Of a DNA stretch of 37,246 nt, positions 17,748 to 27,480 are shown piece by piece. The DNA is from Methylophilaceae bacterium (GTDB taxonomy: Bacteria; Pseudomonadota; Gammaproteobacteria; Burkholderiales; Methylophilaceae): assembly GCA_041602315.1 (NCBI GenBank), contig JBFIGM010000001.1:1-37246 (forward strand). The letters run 5' to 3'. The notes under the pieces are model-generated. The model was not told the DNA's origin and made no database searches. It was given only the letters and a program-made list of their open reading frames with translations. The translations under genes and the position numbers were made by a program. The first letter of the stretch is position 1, and every line of letters starts with the position of its first letter.

Positions 17748-18575
17748 CTAATTTATATCCTCTAAGTCATCTGGATTGACAGGGGACAGCATAACCAACT
17801 TTAGCTGTTCTTGATCTACTGGTCGCAGCGTTACTTGTTGATAACGTAGCAGTCCCCGAGTGGGGTGATGGAATTCTCTCAACCCACCTTGCCGCTGGAG
17901 CACGTCATGCTGTTTCCAGAATTGTTCAAATGCGCTACTAGACAAGGATAACTCATTTACAAGCGATTGCAGTTCAGGTTCTTCTAGCCGGCTTCTACAA
18001 TCCGCTCTAAATTCTGCTACCAAGCGACGACTTCTAGCCTCCCAGTCGACAATAAATTCTTTTGCATTTTCATGCGTAAAGACCAGTCTCAATAAATTTG
18101 GTGCAACTGCACTATCATGCGTAAACCAGTCTAAAAATAATGTTTCAGCTTCAGAGTTCCATGCTAATACATTCCATGTGCTACCTAAAATGTAGGCAGG
18201 TATTTGTATATTTGATAATAGTTCAGTTAATGTAGCGGAAGCTAAGTCCTCCTCTTGAATATGGCCCTGTGGATCACGCCTTCCTGCTAGGTCAAATAAA
18301 TATGCACGTTCTGTTTTTGTCAGCTTTAATGCTTGTGCTAACTTGAGCACTACATCTGTTGACATGCTGACATCTCTGCCTTGTTCAATCCAGGTATACC
18401 ATGTCGTGCTGATGCCTGCTAGTTGAGATACTTCCTCACGACGCAGGCCTTTTATGCGCCTTCTGGGGCCTGCTGGAAAGCCAAACGCTTCGGGAGTACC
18501 ACGTTTGCGAATGGCTTGTAAAAATTCACCCAACTCTTTGCGACGCTTGTCTGACTTATCTCTTTTGTCCACCAT
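17748..18575 (-). CDS. XRE-family transcriptional regulator with MmyB-like C-terminal ligand-binding domain
   Basis: 275 aa. The N-terminal LGEFLQAIRKRGTPEAFGFPAGPRRRIKGLRREEVSQLAGISTTWYTWIEQGR is the characteristic MmyB-type HTH. A ~170-aa PAS-like C-terminal region follows. Confidence 0.7.
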   Translation of the reverse strand: MVDKRDKSDKRRKELGEFLQAIRKRGTPEAFGFPAGPRRRIKGLRREEVSQLAGISTTWYTWIEQGRDVSMSTDVVLKLAQALKLTKTERAYLFDLAGRRDPQGHIQEEDLASATLTELLSNIQIPAYILGSTWNVLAWNSEAETLFLDWFTHDSAVAPNLLRLVFTHENAKEFIVDWEARSRRLVAEFRADCRSRLEEPELQSLVNELSLSSSAFEQFWKQHDVLQRQGGLREFHHPTRGLLRYQQVTLRPVDQEQLKLVMLSPVNPDDLEDIN

Positions 18576-18653
18576 TTGAAGTACTTTAAGCTGATCAGGC
18601 CCTAATTTTTTAATGTTAAGCTATTATCAATTATACTAGTATAAACTATATTC

Positions 18654-18682
18654 TTGTTAGGGTATTAAAATATCGTTATGAT
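18654..18682 (+). promoter_or_regulatory. Candidate sigma70 promoter for leuCDB
   Basis: TTGTTA (18654..18659), a 17-nt spacer, then TATGAT (18677..18682). It lies ~52 nt upstream of the leuC ATG. This rests on pattern matching only. Confidence 0.3.
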
Positions 18683-18733
18683 GGCACAGTTATTTAATTA
18701 TCAGCATAAGAATGACGAATATAAGGAGCAGTT

Positions 18734-20140
18734 ATGGCTGGAAAAACACTATACGATAAATTATGGGATTCCCATCTTGTTCACCAAGACGCAGATGGTA
18801 CAAGCCTTATTTATATTGACCGTCACTTGGTGCACGAGGTGACAAGTCCGCAAGCATTTGAGGGTTTACGCCTAGCGGGACGCAAACCATGGCGAAACAG
18901 TTCAATTGTGGCGAACCCAGACCACAATACGCCAACGCAAAACTGGGAAAAAGGGATAGAAGACCCAGTTTCACGTTTACAGGTGGAAACCTTAGATAAG
19001 AATATGAAAGAGTTTGGTTCTTTGGTGTATTTTCCGTTTAAAGATAAAAACCAAGGTATTATCCACGTCATTGGGCCAGAACAAGGTACAACCTTACCGG
19101 GAATGACGGTAGTATGTGGTGATAGTCATACATCCACACATGGTGCATTTGGCGCATTAGCCCATGGGATAGGTACATCTGAAGTGGAGCATGTGTTAGC
19201 AACGCAAACACTTGTCGCTAAAAAATCAAAAAACATGTTGGTCAAAGTAAATGGCAAGCTGGGCGATGGTGTCACAGCTAAGGATGTGGCGTTAGCTATT
19301 ATTGGTGTTACAGGTACTGCAGGTGGTACGGGTTATGCGATTGAGTTCGCTGGCGATGTGATTAGTGCGTTGTCGATGGAAGGGCGTATGACCATTTGTA
19401 ATATGGCAATTGAAGCAGGTGCGCGTGCGGGCATTATGGCTCCTGATGCAAAAACTGCTGCTTATCTAAAGGGTCGCAAACATGCGCCTAAAGCTGAGTT
19501 ATGGGATCAAGCAGTTGCTTATTGGAATACTTTACATTCGGATGCGGATGCTAAGTTTGATGCGGTCATTGAATTAAATGGTGCAGATATTCAACCACAA
19601 GTTACTTGGGGTACTTCCCCAGAGCAGGTGCTTCCCATTGGGGCTAGCGTACCTGATCCAGCAAACGAGGCAGATGCAGTGAAGCGCACTAGTATTGAAA
19701 ATGCGCTTAAGTATATGGGTCTAACGGCAAACACACCAATATCTGATATTAAGTTAGATAAAGTTTTTATTGGATCCTGCACCAATTCACGTATTGAAGA
19801 TTTGCGTGCGGCTGCAGCTGTTGCAAAAGGTAAAAAAGTTGCTAGCAATATTGAAGTGGCTATGGTGGTGCCTGGTTCAGGCGTCGTCAAAAGGCAAGCG
19901 GAAGAAGAAGGCTTGGATAAAATTTTTATTGAAGCAGGTTTTGAGTGGCGAGAGCCAGGCTGTTCGATGTGCTTAGCCATGAACGCTGATCGCTTAAGCG
20001 CTGGTGAGCGATGTGCTTCAACTTCAAATCGTAATTTTGAAGGCCGACAAGGTCCTGGGGGCCGTACACATTTGGTCAGTCCAGCAATGGCGGCAGCGGC
20101 AGCAATTGCAGGCCATTTTGTAGACGTGCGTAACGTTTAA
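18734..20140 (+). CDS. leuC: 3-isopropylmalate dehydratase large subunit
   Basis: 468 aa. Begins [16 protein letters not shown] and carries aconitase-family Fe-S ligand regions ([28 protein letters not shown]). Confidence 0.95.
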   Translation: MAGKTLYDKLWDSHLVHQDADGTSLIYIDRHLVHEVTSPQAFEGLRLAGRKPWRNSSIVANPDHNTPTQNWEKGIEDPVSRLQVETLDKNMKEFGSLVYFPFKDKNQGIIHVIGPEQGTTLPGMTVVCGDSHTSTHGAFGALAHGIGTSEVEHVLATQTLVAKKSKNMLVKVNGKLGDGVTAKDVALAIIGVTGTAGGTGYAIEFAGDVISALSMEGRMTICNMAIEAGARAGIMAPDAKTAAYLKGRKHAPKAELWDQAVAYWNTLHSDADAKFDAVIELNGADIQPQVTWGTSPEQVLPIGASVPDPANEADAVKRTSIENALKYMGLTANTPISDIKLDKVFIGSCTNSRIEDLRAAAAVAKGKKVASNIEVAMVVPGSGVVKRQAEEEGLDKIFIEAGFEWREPGCSMCLAMNADRLSAGERCASTSNRNFEGRQGPGGRTHLVSPAMAAAAAIAGHFVDVRNV

Positions 20141-20156
20141 TGCGAGGAGATTAATA

Positions 20157-20795
20157 ATGAAAGCATTTACACAAATAACAGGGCTTGCTTGCCCATTGGA
20201 TCGCGCTAACGTTGATACAGACGCGATCATTCCCAAACAGTTTCTTAAGTCGATTAAGCGTACTGGCTTTGGCCCCTATTTATTCGATGAGTGGCGTTAT
20301 ACAAACTACGGTGAGCCTGATATGGATTGCAGTAAACGGCCTTTGAATAAAGACTTTGTGCTCAACCAACCACGCTATCAGGGCGCACAGATTTTATTGG
20401 CACGTGATAATTTTGGATGTGGATCTAGTCGGGAGCATGCACCATGGGCAATTGAGGATTACGGTTTTCGTGTGATTATTGCACCTAGTTTTGCCGATAT
20501 TTTCTTCAATAACTGTTTTAAAAATGGCATTCTGCCGATTGTCGCTTCCCCAGAAATGGTTGATCAGTTGTTTGATGAGTGCAAAGCTAACGAGGGATAC
20601 GAGTTGAAAGTAGACTTACCGTCACAAACGGTAACCTTGCCTTCAGGCCAGACATTTAATTTTGAAATCAATCCGACGTCTAAGCATAACTTACTAAACG
20701 GCTTGGATGAAATTGGCTTAACGTTGATACAAGCCGATAAAATCAAGGCATTTGAAGAGAAGCACAAGGCAAGTCAGCCATGGCTTTTTGCATAA
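20157..20795 (+). CDS. leuD: 3-isopropylmalate dehydratase small subunit
   Basis: 212 aa. Contains [12 protein letters not shown] and [14 protein letters not shown] (aconitase swivel domain). Confidence 0.95.
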   Translation: MKAFTQITGLACPLDRANVDTDAIIPKQFLKSIKRTGFGPYLFDEWRYTNYGEPDMDCSKRPLNKDFVLNQPRYQGAQILLARDNFGCGSSREHAPWAIEDYGFRVIIAPSFADIFFNNCFKNGILPIVASPEMVDQLFDECKANEGYELKVDLPSQTVTLPSGQTFNFEINPTSKHNLLNGLDEIGLTLIQADKIKAFEEKHKASQPWLFA

Positions 20796-20937
20796 AAACC
20801 TATAACGCTGGCAGTCAGCCGCGCAAAACGGTTTTAAGTACTAAACAGTAATAGCAACAAAGGGTTTAATCCCCTCTACTTATAGGGGCTGAAGTGAGGG
20901 TGAATAACCTCACTTACTAATAAAGGAAAAAATTAGC

Positions 20938-22008
20938 ATGACAATGAAAATTGCAGTATTACCAGGTGACGGTATTGGACCAGAAATAATTACCCAAGCA
21001 CTGCGCGTGCTGGAAGTATTAAAAAATGAAGGCATGGATATGGAGTTCTCAGAGGCGCCTTTAGGGGGGCAGGCTTACGATGCGTATGGTCATCCATATC
21101 CAGAATTTACACAAAAAATTTGTCGTGAAGCGGATGCTGTTTTATTAGGTGCTGTAGGTGGGCCACAATATGATACTCTTGATCGCCCGTTGCGCCCTGA
21201 GCGCGGTTTGTTAGCAATCCGTAAAGATTTAGGCCTCTTCGCAAATTTACGTCCAGCAGTGCTATATCCAGAATTAGCCAATGCATCAACACTCAAACCA
21301 GAGATTGTTGCTGGCTTAGACATCATGATAGTACGTGAGTTAACGGGCGATGTTTACTTTGGTCAACCGCGTGGTATGCGTACAAATGATGAGGGTGAGC
21401 GTGAAGGCTTTAACACCATGGTTTACTCAGAATCAGAAGTCCGCCGAATTGCACATGTTGCCTTTGGCATTGCGATGAAACGTGATAAAAAATTATGTTC
21501 AGTAGATAAAGCAAATGTACTTGAGACAACTGAGTTTTGGAAAGAGATTGTTATTGATGTTGCAAAAGAGTACCCAGAAGTCGAATTAAGTCATATGTAT
21601 GTGGATAATGCGGCTATGCAGCTTATCCGCAACCCGAAGCAATTTGATGTGATGGTGACAGGTAATATCTTTGGCGATATTTTGTCGGACGAAGCTTCAA
21701 TGCTGACAGGCTCTATCGGTATGTTGGCCTCAGCTTCATTAAATGCGAGTAAGCAAGGCTTATACGAACCCTCACACGGTTCAGCACCTGACATTGCTGG
21801 CCAAAACTTAGCGAATCCAATTGCAACGATTTTGTCAGCAGCGATGATGTTACGCTATAGCTTTGATAACGAAATGGCAGCGACACGCATCGAAAATGCA
21901 GTTAAGAAAGTACTTGCGGATGGTTACCGAACAGGTGACATTTATGAAGAGGGTACAAAGAAGGTTTCGTGTTCCGAGATGGGTGATCAAATCGTTGCAG
22001 CAATGTAA
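20938..22008 (+). CDS. leuB: 3-isopropylmalate dehydrogenase
   Basis: 356 aa. Contains [18 protein letters not shown], and [25 protein letters not shown]. An AAGGA SD lies 10 nt upstream of the ATG. Confidence 0.95.
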   Translation: MTMKIAVLPGDGIGPEIITQALRVLEVLKNEGMDMEFSEAPLGGQAYDAYGHPYPEFTQKICREADAVLLGAVGGPQYDTLDRPLRPERGLLAIRKDLGLFANLRPAVLYPELANASTLKPEIVAGLDIMIVRELTGDVYFGQPRGMRTNDEGEREGFNTMVYSESEVRRIAHVAFGIAMKRDKKLCSVDKANVLETTEFWKEIVIDVAKEYPEVELSHMYVDNAAMQLIRNPKQFDVMVTGNIFGDILSDEASMLTGSIGMLASASLNASKQGLYEPSHGSAPDIAGQNLANPIATILSAAMMLRYSFDNEMAATRIENAVKKVLADGYRTGDIYEEGTKKVSCSEMGDQIVAAM

Positions 22009-22023
22009 TTATTAGTGCGATTA

Positions 22024-22057
22024 GAAAGCGACTGTTTATTACGAGCAGTCGCTTTTC
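22024..22057 (+). terminator. Rho-independent terminator after leuB
   Basis: AAAGCGACTG (22024..22033) pairs with CAGTCGCTTT (22045..22054) across an 11-nt loop. The stem runs into TTTTCT. Confidence 0.6.
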
Positions 22058-22093
22058 TGCGATAATAAGACTTAAATAAATTGGGAGATTTTA

Positions 22094-22405
22094 ATGGCAC
22101 AGTTTGATAATGTCAGTGTTAAAAAGAAAGCAAACATCTATTTTGATGGAAAATGTATCAGTCATACTGTTTTGTTCCCAAATGGAACTCGTAGTACGCT
22201 TGGTGTCATATTTCCCAGTACGTTAACATTTAATACAGAGTCCCCAGAGTTAATGGAGATTAATACTGGTGTTTGTAAAGTTAGGCTATCTAAAGGTGAA
22301 TCGTGGCGCACGTATCAAGCAGGTGATAAATTTGCCATTCCTGGCAATAGCAGTTTTGATATAGAAGTCACAGAAACCTTAGACTACGTTTGTCATTATG
22401 AATAA
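22094..22405 (+). CDS. ppnP: Pyrimidine/purine nucleoside phosphorylase (DUF1255 / YaiE family)
   Basis: 103 aa with a cupin-like pattern: [14 protein letters not shown]...[13 protein letters not shown]...V.L......W..Y.AG..F..PGNS.F. This parallels E. coli PpnP (YaiE) as I recall it. Confidence 0.8.
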   Translation: MAQFDNVSVKKKANIYFDGKCISHTVLFPNGTRSTLGVIFPSTLTFNTESPELMEINTGVCKVRLSKGESWRTYQAGDKFAIPGNSSFDIEVTETLDYVCHYE

Positions 22406-22486
22406 AGCTATATTGCGAAGTTTATTTCTGTAAAATCTGGGCAATACATAGTTGATGGTGCTTAAAAAATAAATAGAGGAGACATT

Positions 22487-22981
22487 ATGCCTTCATTTGA
22501 TATTACGTCAGAAGTCGATAAAGTTGCATTAGGTAACTCAATTGATACTGCGTCTAAACAAATTGGAAATCGTTACGATTTTAAAGGAACATCTGCAAAA
22601 TTAGAGTTTAATGAGAAGGACTTTATTATTACAGTGTTTGGAGATAACGAATTTCAGTTAAATCAAATAAAAGATATTTTGCTTCCAGCAATGGAGAAAA
22701 AAGAACCAGATTCTACTAAAAGGCTCGAACATAAAGAGCCACAAACAATTTCTGGCAATAAGCTGAAACAAGAGCTACAGGTTAAAGATGGTATTGATAG
22801 TGACTTGGCAAAAAAACTTGTCAAGACCGTAAAAGATAGTCGCATGAAAGTGCAAGCAAGTATCCAAGGTGATGCCGTGCGAGTTAATGGTGCAAAGCGT
22901 GATGTGTTACAAGAGGTGATAGCTTTGATTAAAAAAAGCATCACTGATTTTCCGCTTAAGTTTGGTAACTTTAGGGATTAG
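22487..22981 (+). CDS. yajQ: YajQ-family nucleotide-binding protein
   Basis: 164 aa. Begins MPSFDITSEVDKVALGNSIDTASKQIGNRYDFKGT and ends LKFGNFRD, both typical of YajQ (UPF0234). Confidence 0.9.
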   Translation: MPSFDITSEVDKVALGNSIDTASKQIGNRYDFKGTSAKLEFNEKDFIITVFGDNEFQLNQIKDILLPAMEKKEPDSTKRLEHKEPQTISGNKLKQELQVKDGIDSDLAKKLVKTVKDSRMKVQASIQGDAVRVNGAKRDVLQEVIALIKKSITDFPLKFGNFRD

Positions 22982-23001
22982 AGTCCGATAGAGGGTGTAC
23001 G

Positions 23002-23124
23002 ATGAAAAAGTTAATTATTTTAGTAATGACAATGTTGCTACTTGCAGGATGTAATACTTGGCGAGGATTCGGACAAGATTTAGAGGAAGCTGGAGAAGCA
23101 ATTCAAAAGAAAGTTGATGATTAA
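23002..23124 (+). CDS. Entericidin A/B-family small lipoprotein (40 aa)
   Basis: Below the ORF-track cutoff. Translation is MKKLIILVMTMLLLAGCNTWRGFGQDLEEAGEAIQKKVDD*. The lipobox LLAGC followed by NT.RGFG.D matches the entericidin signature. A GAGGG SD lies 6 nt upstream. Confidence 0.7.
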   Translation: MKKLIILVMTMLLLAGCNTWRGFGQDLEEAGEAIQKKVDD

Positions 23125-23154
23125 GGTTGATTGTTGAGTGGTGATGGGAAAAGT

Positions 23155-24267
23155 ATGCTAAAAGTTGGTTTTGTTGGTTGGCGTGGCATGGTGGGTTCAG
23201 TGCTGATGCAGCGTATGATGCAAGAGAATGATTTTGTGGACATTGAACCACAATTTTTCACGACATCACAAACTGGTGCGGCCGCGCCTAATATTGGTAA
23301 AGATTCTCCTCCATTAGAAGATGCAAAAAACATTGACGCGCTTAAGGTAATGGATGTGATTGTTTCTTGCCAGGGTGGAGACTACACAACTGAAGTATTT
23401 CCCAAACTAAGAGCTGATGGCTGGCAAGGACATTGGATTGACGCGGCATCCAGCTTACGCATGGAGAAAGATACAGTCATTGTTTTAGATCCGGTGAATA
23501 TGCATGTCATTCAAGATGCATACTTGAACGGTAATAAAAACTGGATTGGTGGCAATTGTACGGTTTCTCTTATGTTGATGGCCTTGCATGGTCTTTTCAA
23601 GGCTGATCTGATTGAATGGGTTACATCAATGACTTATCAAGCGGCATCAGGAGCAGGTGCTAACAATATGCGAGAGCTGATAGCTCAGATGAGAGCAGTC
23701 AGTTCATCTGTTTCAGATTTAATTGATAACCCAGCGACGGCGATACTTGAAATTGACAAAACAGTAGCTGATACAATTCGCGGTGATGACTTCCCCAAGA
23801 ATCATTTTGGCATGCCACTGGCAGGAAGCTTAATTCCTTGGATTGATAAAGATCTTGGAAATGGTCAAAGTAAAGAAGAGTGGAAAGCTGGTGTTGAAAC
23901 GAACAAAATACTCGGGCGTCAAAACAATCCAATTATGATAGACGGTCTATGTGTACGGGTTGGAGCTATGCGTTGCCATTCTCAAGCATTAACTATCAAG
24001 TTGAAGCAAAATGTTCCTTTGGATGAAATTAATCAGATGCTTGAAGAGGCGAACAACTGGTCAATGGTCATTCCTAACGAGCGCGAGGAGAGTATGTTAA
24101 AACTTTCACCAGCAGCAGTCACTGGTACACTGGATACCCCAGTGGGGCGGGTTCGTAAATTATCAATTGGGGATAATTACATTTCAGCTTTTACTGTTGG
24201 TGATCAGCTGCTGTGGGGGGCCGCAGAGCCTCTAAGGCGTATGCTTCGCATCCTGGTGCAATCTTAA
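23155..24267 (+). CDS. asd: Aspartate-semialdehyde dehydrogenase
   Basis: Begins MLKVGFVGWRGMVGSVLMQRM and contains GGNCTVSLMLMAL (active-site Cys), near-colinear with E. coli-type Asd. I placed the start at ATG 23155 rather than the TTG at 23131 in the ORF track. Confidence 0.9.
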   Translation: MLKVGFVGWRGMVGSVLMQRMMQENDFVDIEPQFFTTSQTGAAAPNIGKDSPPLEDAKNIDALKVMDVIVSCQGGDYTTEVFPKLRADGWQGHWIDAASSLRMEKDTVIVLDPVNMHVIQDAYLNGNKNWIGGNCTVSLMLMALHGLFKADLIEWVTSMTYQAASGAGANNMRELIAQMRAVSSSVSDLIDNPATAILEIDKTVADTIRGDDFPKNHFGMPLAGSLIPWIDKDLGNGQSKEEWKAGVETNKILGRQNNPIMIDGLCVRVGAMRCHSQALTIKLKQNVPLDEINQMLEEANNWSMVIPNEREESMLKLSPAAVTGTLDTPVGRVRKLSIGDNYISAFTVGDQLLWGAAEPLRRMLRILVQS

Positions 24268-24474
24268 ATACAGTGCAATACTGGATATAATGGTATTTTT
24301 GTACAATACCGCATGATTTGTTTTTGTATAAAAAACACACTAATCATTAAACAATTACATACGTAGTGAATATAATGTGTATTATGAGCTTGCATCCCTA
24401 ACTAATTGATGTTAATTTCGTTATTGCAATAAAAGCGATAAAATGTAAGCATAAAAAAATATTAAGGTGGAAAA

Positions 24475-27390
24475 GTGCATCTCTTAAAAATAAAGAAATT
24501 GTCGATAGCTTTAGGCTTGACGCTATTCCCTGTTTCGATTTTGGCTGCAGGGCTTGGTCAATTGAACATGTCTTCTGGGATTGGTGAACCGCTTAGAGCA
24601 GAGATTGAGCTTTTATCTGTAACGCCTGCTGAAAAGGCCTCACTTAAAGCCAATATTGCTCCAGATGCAGCATATGCTGCACAAGGACTGGAGAGGCCAG
24701 CGTCACATCAAGACATTCAGGTTCAAATTGCTAAAAGTACATCAGGGAAGGATGTGCTTAAACTTAGATCGAGTCAACCTATTGATGAGCCATTCCTAGA
24801 TATGTTGGTTGAAGTTGAGTGGGAAACAGGGCGCATATTAAGAGAGTATACCGTTTTATTGGATCCTCCTGGGTATAATACGCAGCCAGCACCAATTGAA
24901 ACGCCAGTAGCAAAGCCAAATGCCAGTTCCAAATCATCAGCGACTGAACCTGTTGCAACCAAAACAACCTCTACTCCTTCTACTTCAATAACAAGTACAG
25001 AATCTAACGCACTACCTGAAGACTACCTAACTAAAAAGGGCGATACTCTATCCAAGATAGCGCGCCGCATGAAGCCTGAGGGTATTAGTTTAGATCAAAT
25101 GCTAGTTGGCTTGTTTGAGGCAAATCCAGAAGCATTTTCTGGTAATAATATGAATAGATTGAAGGTGGGTAAAATTTTACAACCTCCTTCTCAAGAAGCA
25201 CTAGAATCGATTAGTAGAAAAGACGCTGTCAACGAGATTAAATTACAAACTGCCAATTGGAATGAGTATCGAAACAAATTGGCAGGTATGGTTGATGACA
25301 GTGTGCCAATGGCAAGCGATGAAGAGTCACAATCGAGCAGCGGTAAAATAAAACCAGCAACAGAAGATCAATCAGCAGCGGAAACCGCAGGACCAAAAGA
25401 CGTTGTTAAACTATCATCGGGTGATGCGAAGGCAATTGAAGCTGATATGCAAGCAAAAATCACAGCGCTACAAGAAGAAGTAAGCGCTCGTGAAAAGGGG
25501 CTAAAAGATGCCCAAGATAGAATAGGTGCGTTAGAGAAGCAGATTGAAGACATGCAAAAACTTCTCACATTGCGAAATGATGCACTAGCTGATGCGCAAA
25601 AGTCTTCAGAGCAAGAGTCAGTAGCACAGGTACAAGATGCGCAACCTGAACAAGCGCAATCAGAGCAGCCTGCGCCAGTTGTTCGACTTGGAACGAAGCT
25701 TGAAGGTGCGGAGGAAATTACACAACCTGATCAAGCTGAGGCTGCAAAACCCGCACCAGCAGAAGCTAAAAACACTACGCCGGCAAAACAGCAATCAACT
25801 CAGCCAGTACCCCCAGCCGTTGAAGAGCCTGGCTTTATAGCAAACTTTATTGAATCATTGTCAGGTATTTTCAAAGACTTAAATACAACAATATTAGGTG
25901 CTGTAGCAGCCTTGTTAGCATTACTAGTGGGCGCTTGGGTCTATTTGCGCAATAAACGTAGAAAAAATCTTGCTGATTTTGAGCAAGGCATTATGACTTC
26001 AGGTGGCTTAAAAGCCAACACTGTATTCGGCAATACCTCTGGCGCTAGTGTCGACACTGGGGATACTTCGTTTCTGACTGATTTCTCCCAGAGCACGAGT
26101 GGCGGCATGATTGATACGAATGATGTCGATCCGATTGCAGAGGCTGAAGTGTACATGGCTTATGGGCGTGATGCACAAGCCGAAGAGATTTTGAAAGACG
26201 CTATTTCAAAAGAGCCTAAGCGCTACGAGTTACATCTCAAGCTTTTAGAAATGTATGCTGCCAGCAAGAATATGTCCGCTTTTGAAACAGTTTCAGGCGA
26301 GCTATACACGACATTAGGCGCAGATGATCCGACATGGGCAAAAGTAGCTGAGATTGGCGTCAAATTAGAGCCAAATAATCCACTGTATCAAATTAAAGAA
26401 GGTTTGCCAGTTGCTAAGGATGTTCCGGAGCAGGCTGCTGATGCCGATAAGAAACTAGACGTATCAGATTTTGAAGACTCTCCTTTAGCTGGTGAAGCGG
26501 ACTTAGACTTTTCGTTAAGCGATGAACCTACTGATGAAGCTGCCATGCCAGCTTCTACAACATCATTAGAGGATGTTCCAACCATCACAGATGACGTTGC
26601 GAAATCTCAATCAATTGATTTTGATGAAGAAGTCCAAGATATGACTGATACAGTCAATACACAAGATGATGAGGATTCCGGTCTTGAGTTTGACTTAGGC
26701 AATAATGAGTTACAAATTAGTGAAGATAGTAGTGATCTAGATTCACCTGTTTCAGAAGAATCGTTCGCACACACTATGCCAAACTTGGATTTTCCTTCAC
26801 TCGAAGTTGATTCAAGTAAGCTTGATATCACTGGTTCAGACGAAGTCAAGCCTGTTGACACAGCGCTTACTGATGATGGTTCAAGCAACGACACGGAGCT
26901 TGCAGCACCGTCGCTAGAAATGCCAAGTGATTTGTCTTTGGACATTTCAGAGCCTGATCAACAAGCCGATAATTCTAAGGATGATGTACTACAAGACTCA
27001 GAATCAACTAGTGAACCAGAAAGCTTCGACTTTAATATAGACACTATCACTGACGATAGCATTACTTTAGAAACAGATGATGAAGCAACAGAGACACCTA
27101 ATGAGGTGAATATGTTGGATATGTCAGATCTATCGCTCGATGTTGATGAAGAGGTAGGCGGTGCAATCTCAGAGGTGGATTTAGAGCCAGAACCGGACGC
27201 AAGTACGTCTGCGCCTGAAACAAGCGATGAGCCAGAGTCAGAAGAAGTAGAAACCAAGCTCGAACTAGTTGCCGCATATATTGATATGGAAGATAAAGAA
27301 GGTGCAAAAGAGCTACTTGAGGAAGTGCTTAAAGAGGGTGGTACGAGACAACGCAAACGTGCGGAGGAAATACTTGGAACGCTCAATTAA
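24475..27390 (+). CDS. fimV: FimV-family type IV pilus assembly / peptidoglycan-binding protein
   Basis: 971 aa with a GTG start and an AAGGTGG SD. It has a signal peptide, the FimV N-terminal motif LGQLNMSSGIGEPLRAEIELL, and a LysM-like segment (YLTKKGDTLSKIARR...LKVGKILQPP). These are followed by a coiled coil, one TM (ILGAVAALLALLVGAWVYL), a long acidic low-complexity region and the C-terminal FimV motif LELVAAYIDMEDKEGAKELLEEVL. Confidence 0.85.
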   Translation: MHLLKIKKLSIALGLTLFPVSILAAGLGQLNMSSGIGEPLRAEIELLSVTPAEKASLKANIAPDAAYAAQGLERPASHQDIQVQIAKSTSGKDVLKLRSSQPIDEPFLDMLVEVEWETGRILREYTVLLDPPGYNTQPAPIETPVAKPNASSKSSATEPVATKTTSTPSTSITSTESNALPEDYLTKKGDTLSKIARRMKPEGISLDQMLVGLFEANPEAFSGNNMNRLKVGKILQPPSQEALESISRKDAVNEIKLQTANWNEYRNKLAGMVDDSVPMASDEESQSSSGKIKPATEDQSAAETAGPKDVVKLSSGDAKAIEADMQAKITALQEEVSAREKGLKDAQDRIGALEKQIEDMQKLLTLRNDALADAQKSSEQESVAQVQDAQPEQAQSEQPAPVVRLGTKLEGAEEITQPDQAEAAKPAPAEAKNTTPAKQQSTQPVPPAVEEPGFIANFIESLSGIFKDLNTTILGAVAALLALLVGAWVYLRNKRRKNLADFEQGIMTSGGLKANTVFGNTSGASVDTGDTSFLTDFSQSTSGGMIDTNDVDPIAEAEVYMAYGRDAQAEEILKDAISKEPKRYELHLKLLEMYAASKNMSAFETVSGELYTTLGADDPTWAKVAEIGVKLEPNNPLYQIKEGLPVAKDVPEQAADADKKLDVSDFEDSPLAGEADLDFSLSDEPTDEAAMPASTTSLEDVPTITDDVAKSQSIDFDEEVQDMTDTVNTQDDEDSGLEFDLGNNELQISEDSSDLDSPVSEESFAHTMPNLDFPSLEVDSSKLDITGSDEVKPVDTALTDDGSSNDTELAAPSLEMPSDLSLDISEPDQQADNSKDDVLQDSESTSEPESFDFNIDTITDDSITLETDDEATETPNEVNMLDMSDLSLDVDEEVGGAISEVDLEPEPDASTSAPETSDEPESEEVETKLELVAAYIDMEDKEGAKELLEEVLKEGGTRQRKRAEEILGTLN

Positions 27391-27409
27391 CGCTTCTTAG
27401 GCAGTAATG

Positions 27410-27434
27410 AAGCCGGACAAAGTCCGGCTTTTTT
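27410..27434 (+). terminator. Rho-independent terminator after fimV
   Basis: AAGCCGGAC-AAA-GTCCGGCTT hairpin followed by a T-run (TTTTTT). Confidence 0.8.
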
Positions 27435-27480
27435 ATATTTAATTTAAATCTACCGAATGCCTGTTAATATCGAGGCAATC

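Noticed and set aside
18679-18733. Possible leucine leader peptide upstream of leuC (ATGATGGCACAG...)
   Set aside because: The short frame is not Leu-rich. It runs out of frame into leuC and is not followed by terminator/antiterminator structures, so nothing supports classical attenuation.
24268-24474. AT-rich 207-nt region upstream of fimV, considered as an sRNA or small-ORF locus
   Set aside because: It shows only 5-6-bp AT-rich hairpins (GGTATT-N7-AATACC) and tiny ORFs of 17 codons or fewer without an SD. This is consistent with an ordinary promoter and weak-terminator region.
26400-27250. Possible tandem repeat array in the acidic C-terminal half of fimV
   Set aside because: The protein-level motifs (DLSLD, LEFDL, SEPE) recur irregularly. 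I could not find a fixed nucleotide period or near-identical units. This is compositional low complexity, not a true repeat or CRISPR-like array.
26607-27386. Minus-strand ORFs of 112 and 142 aa inside fimV
   Set aside because: These are Ser-rich translations produced by reading the GAA/GAT-rich acidic region of fimV in reverse. They are a mirror artefact of biased codon content.
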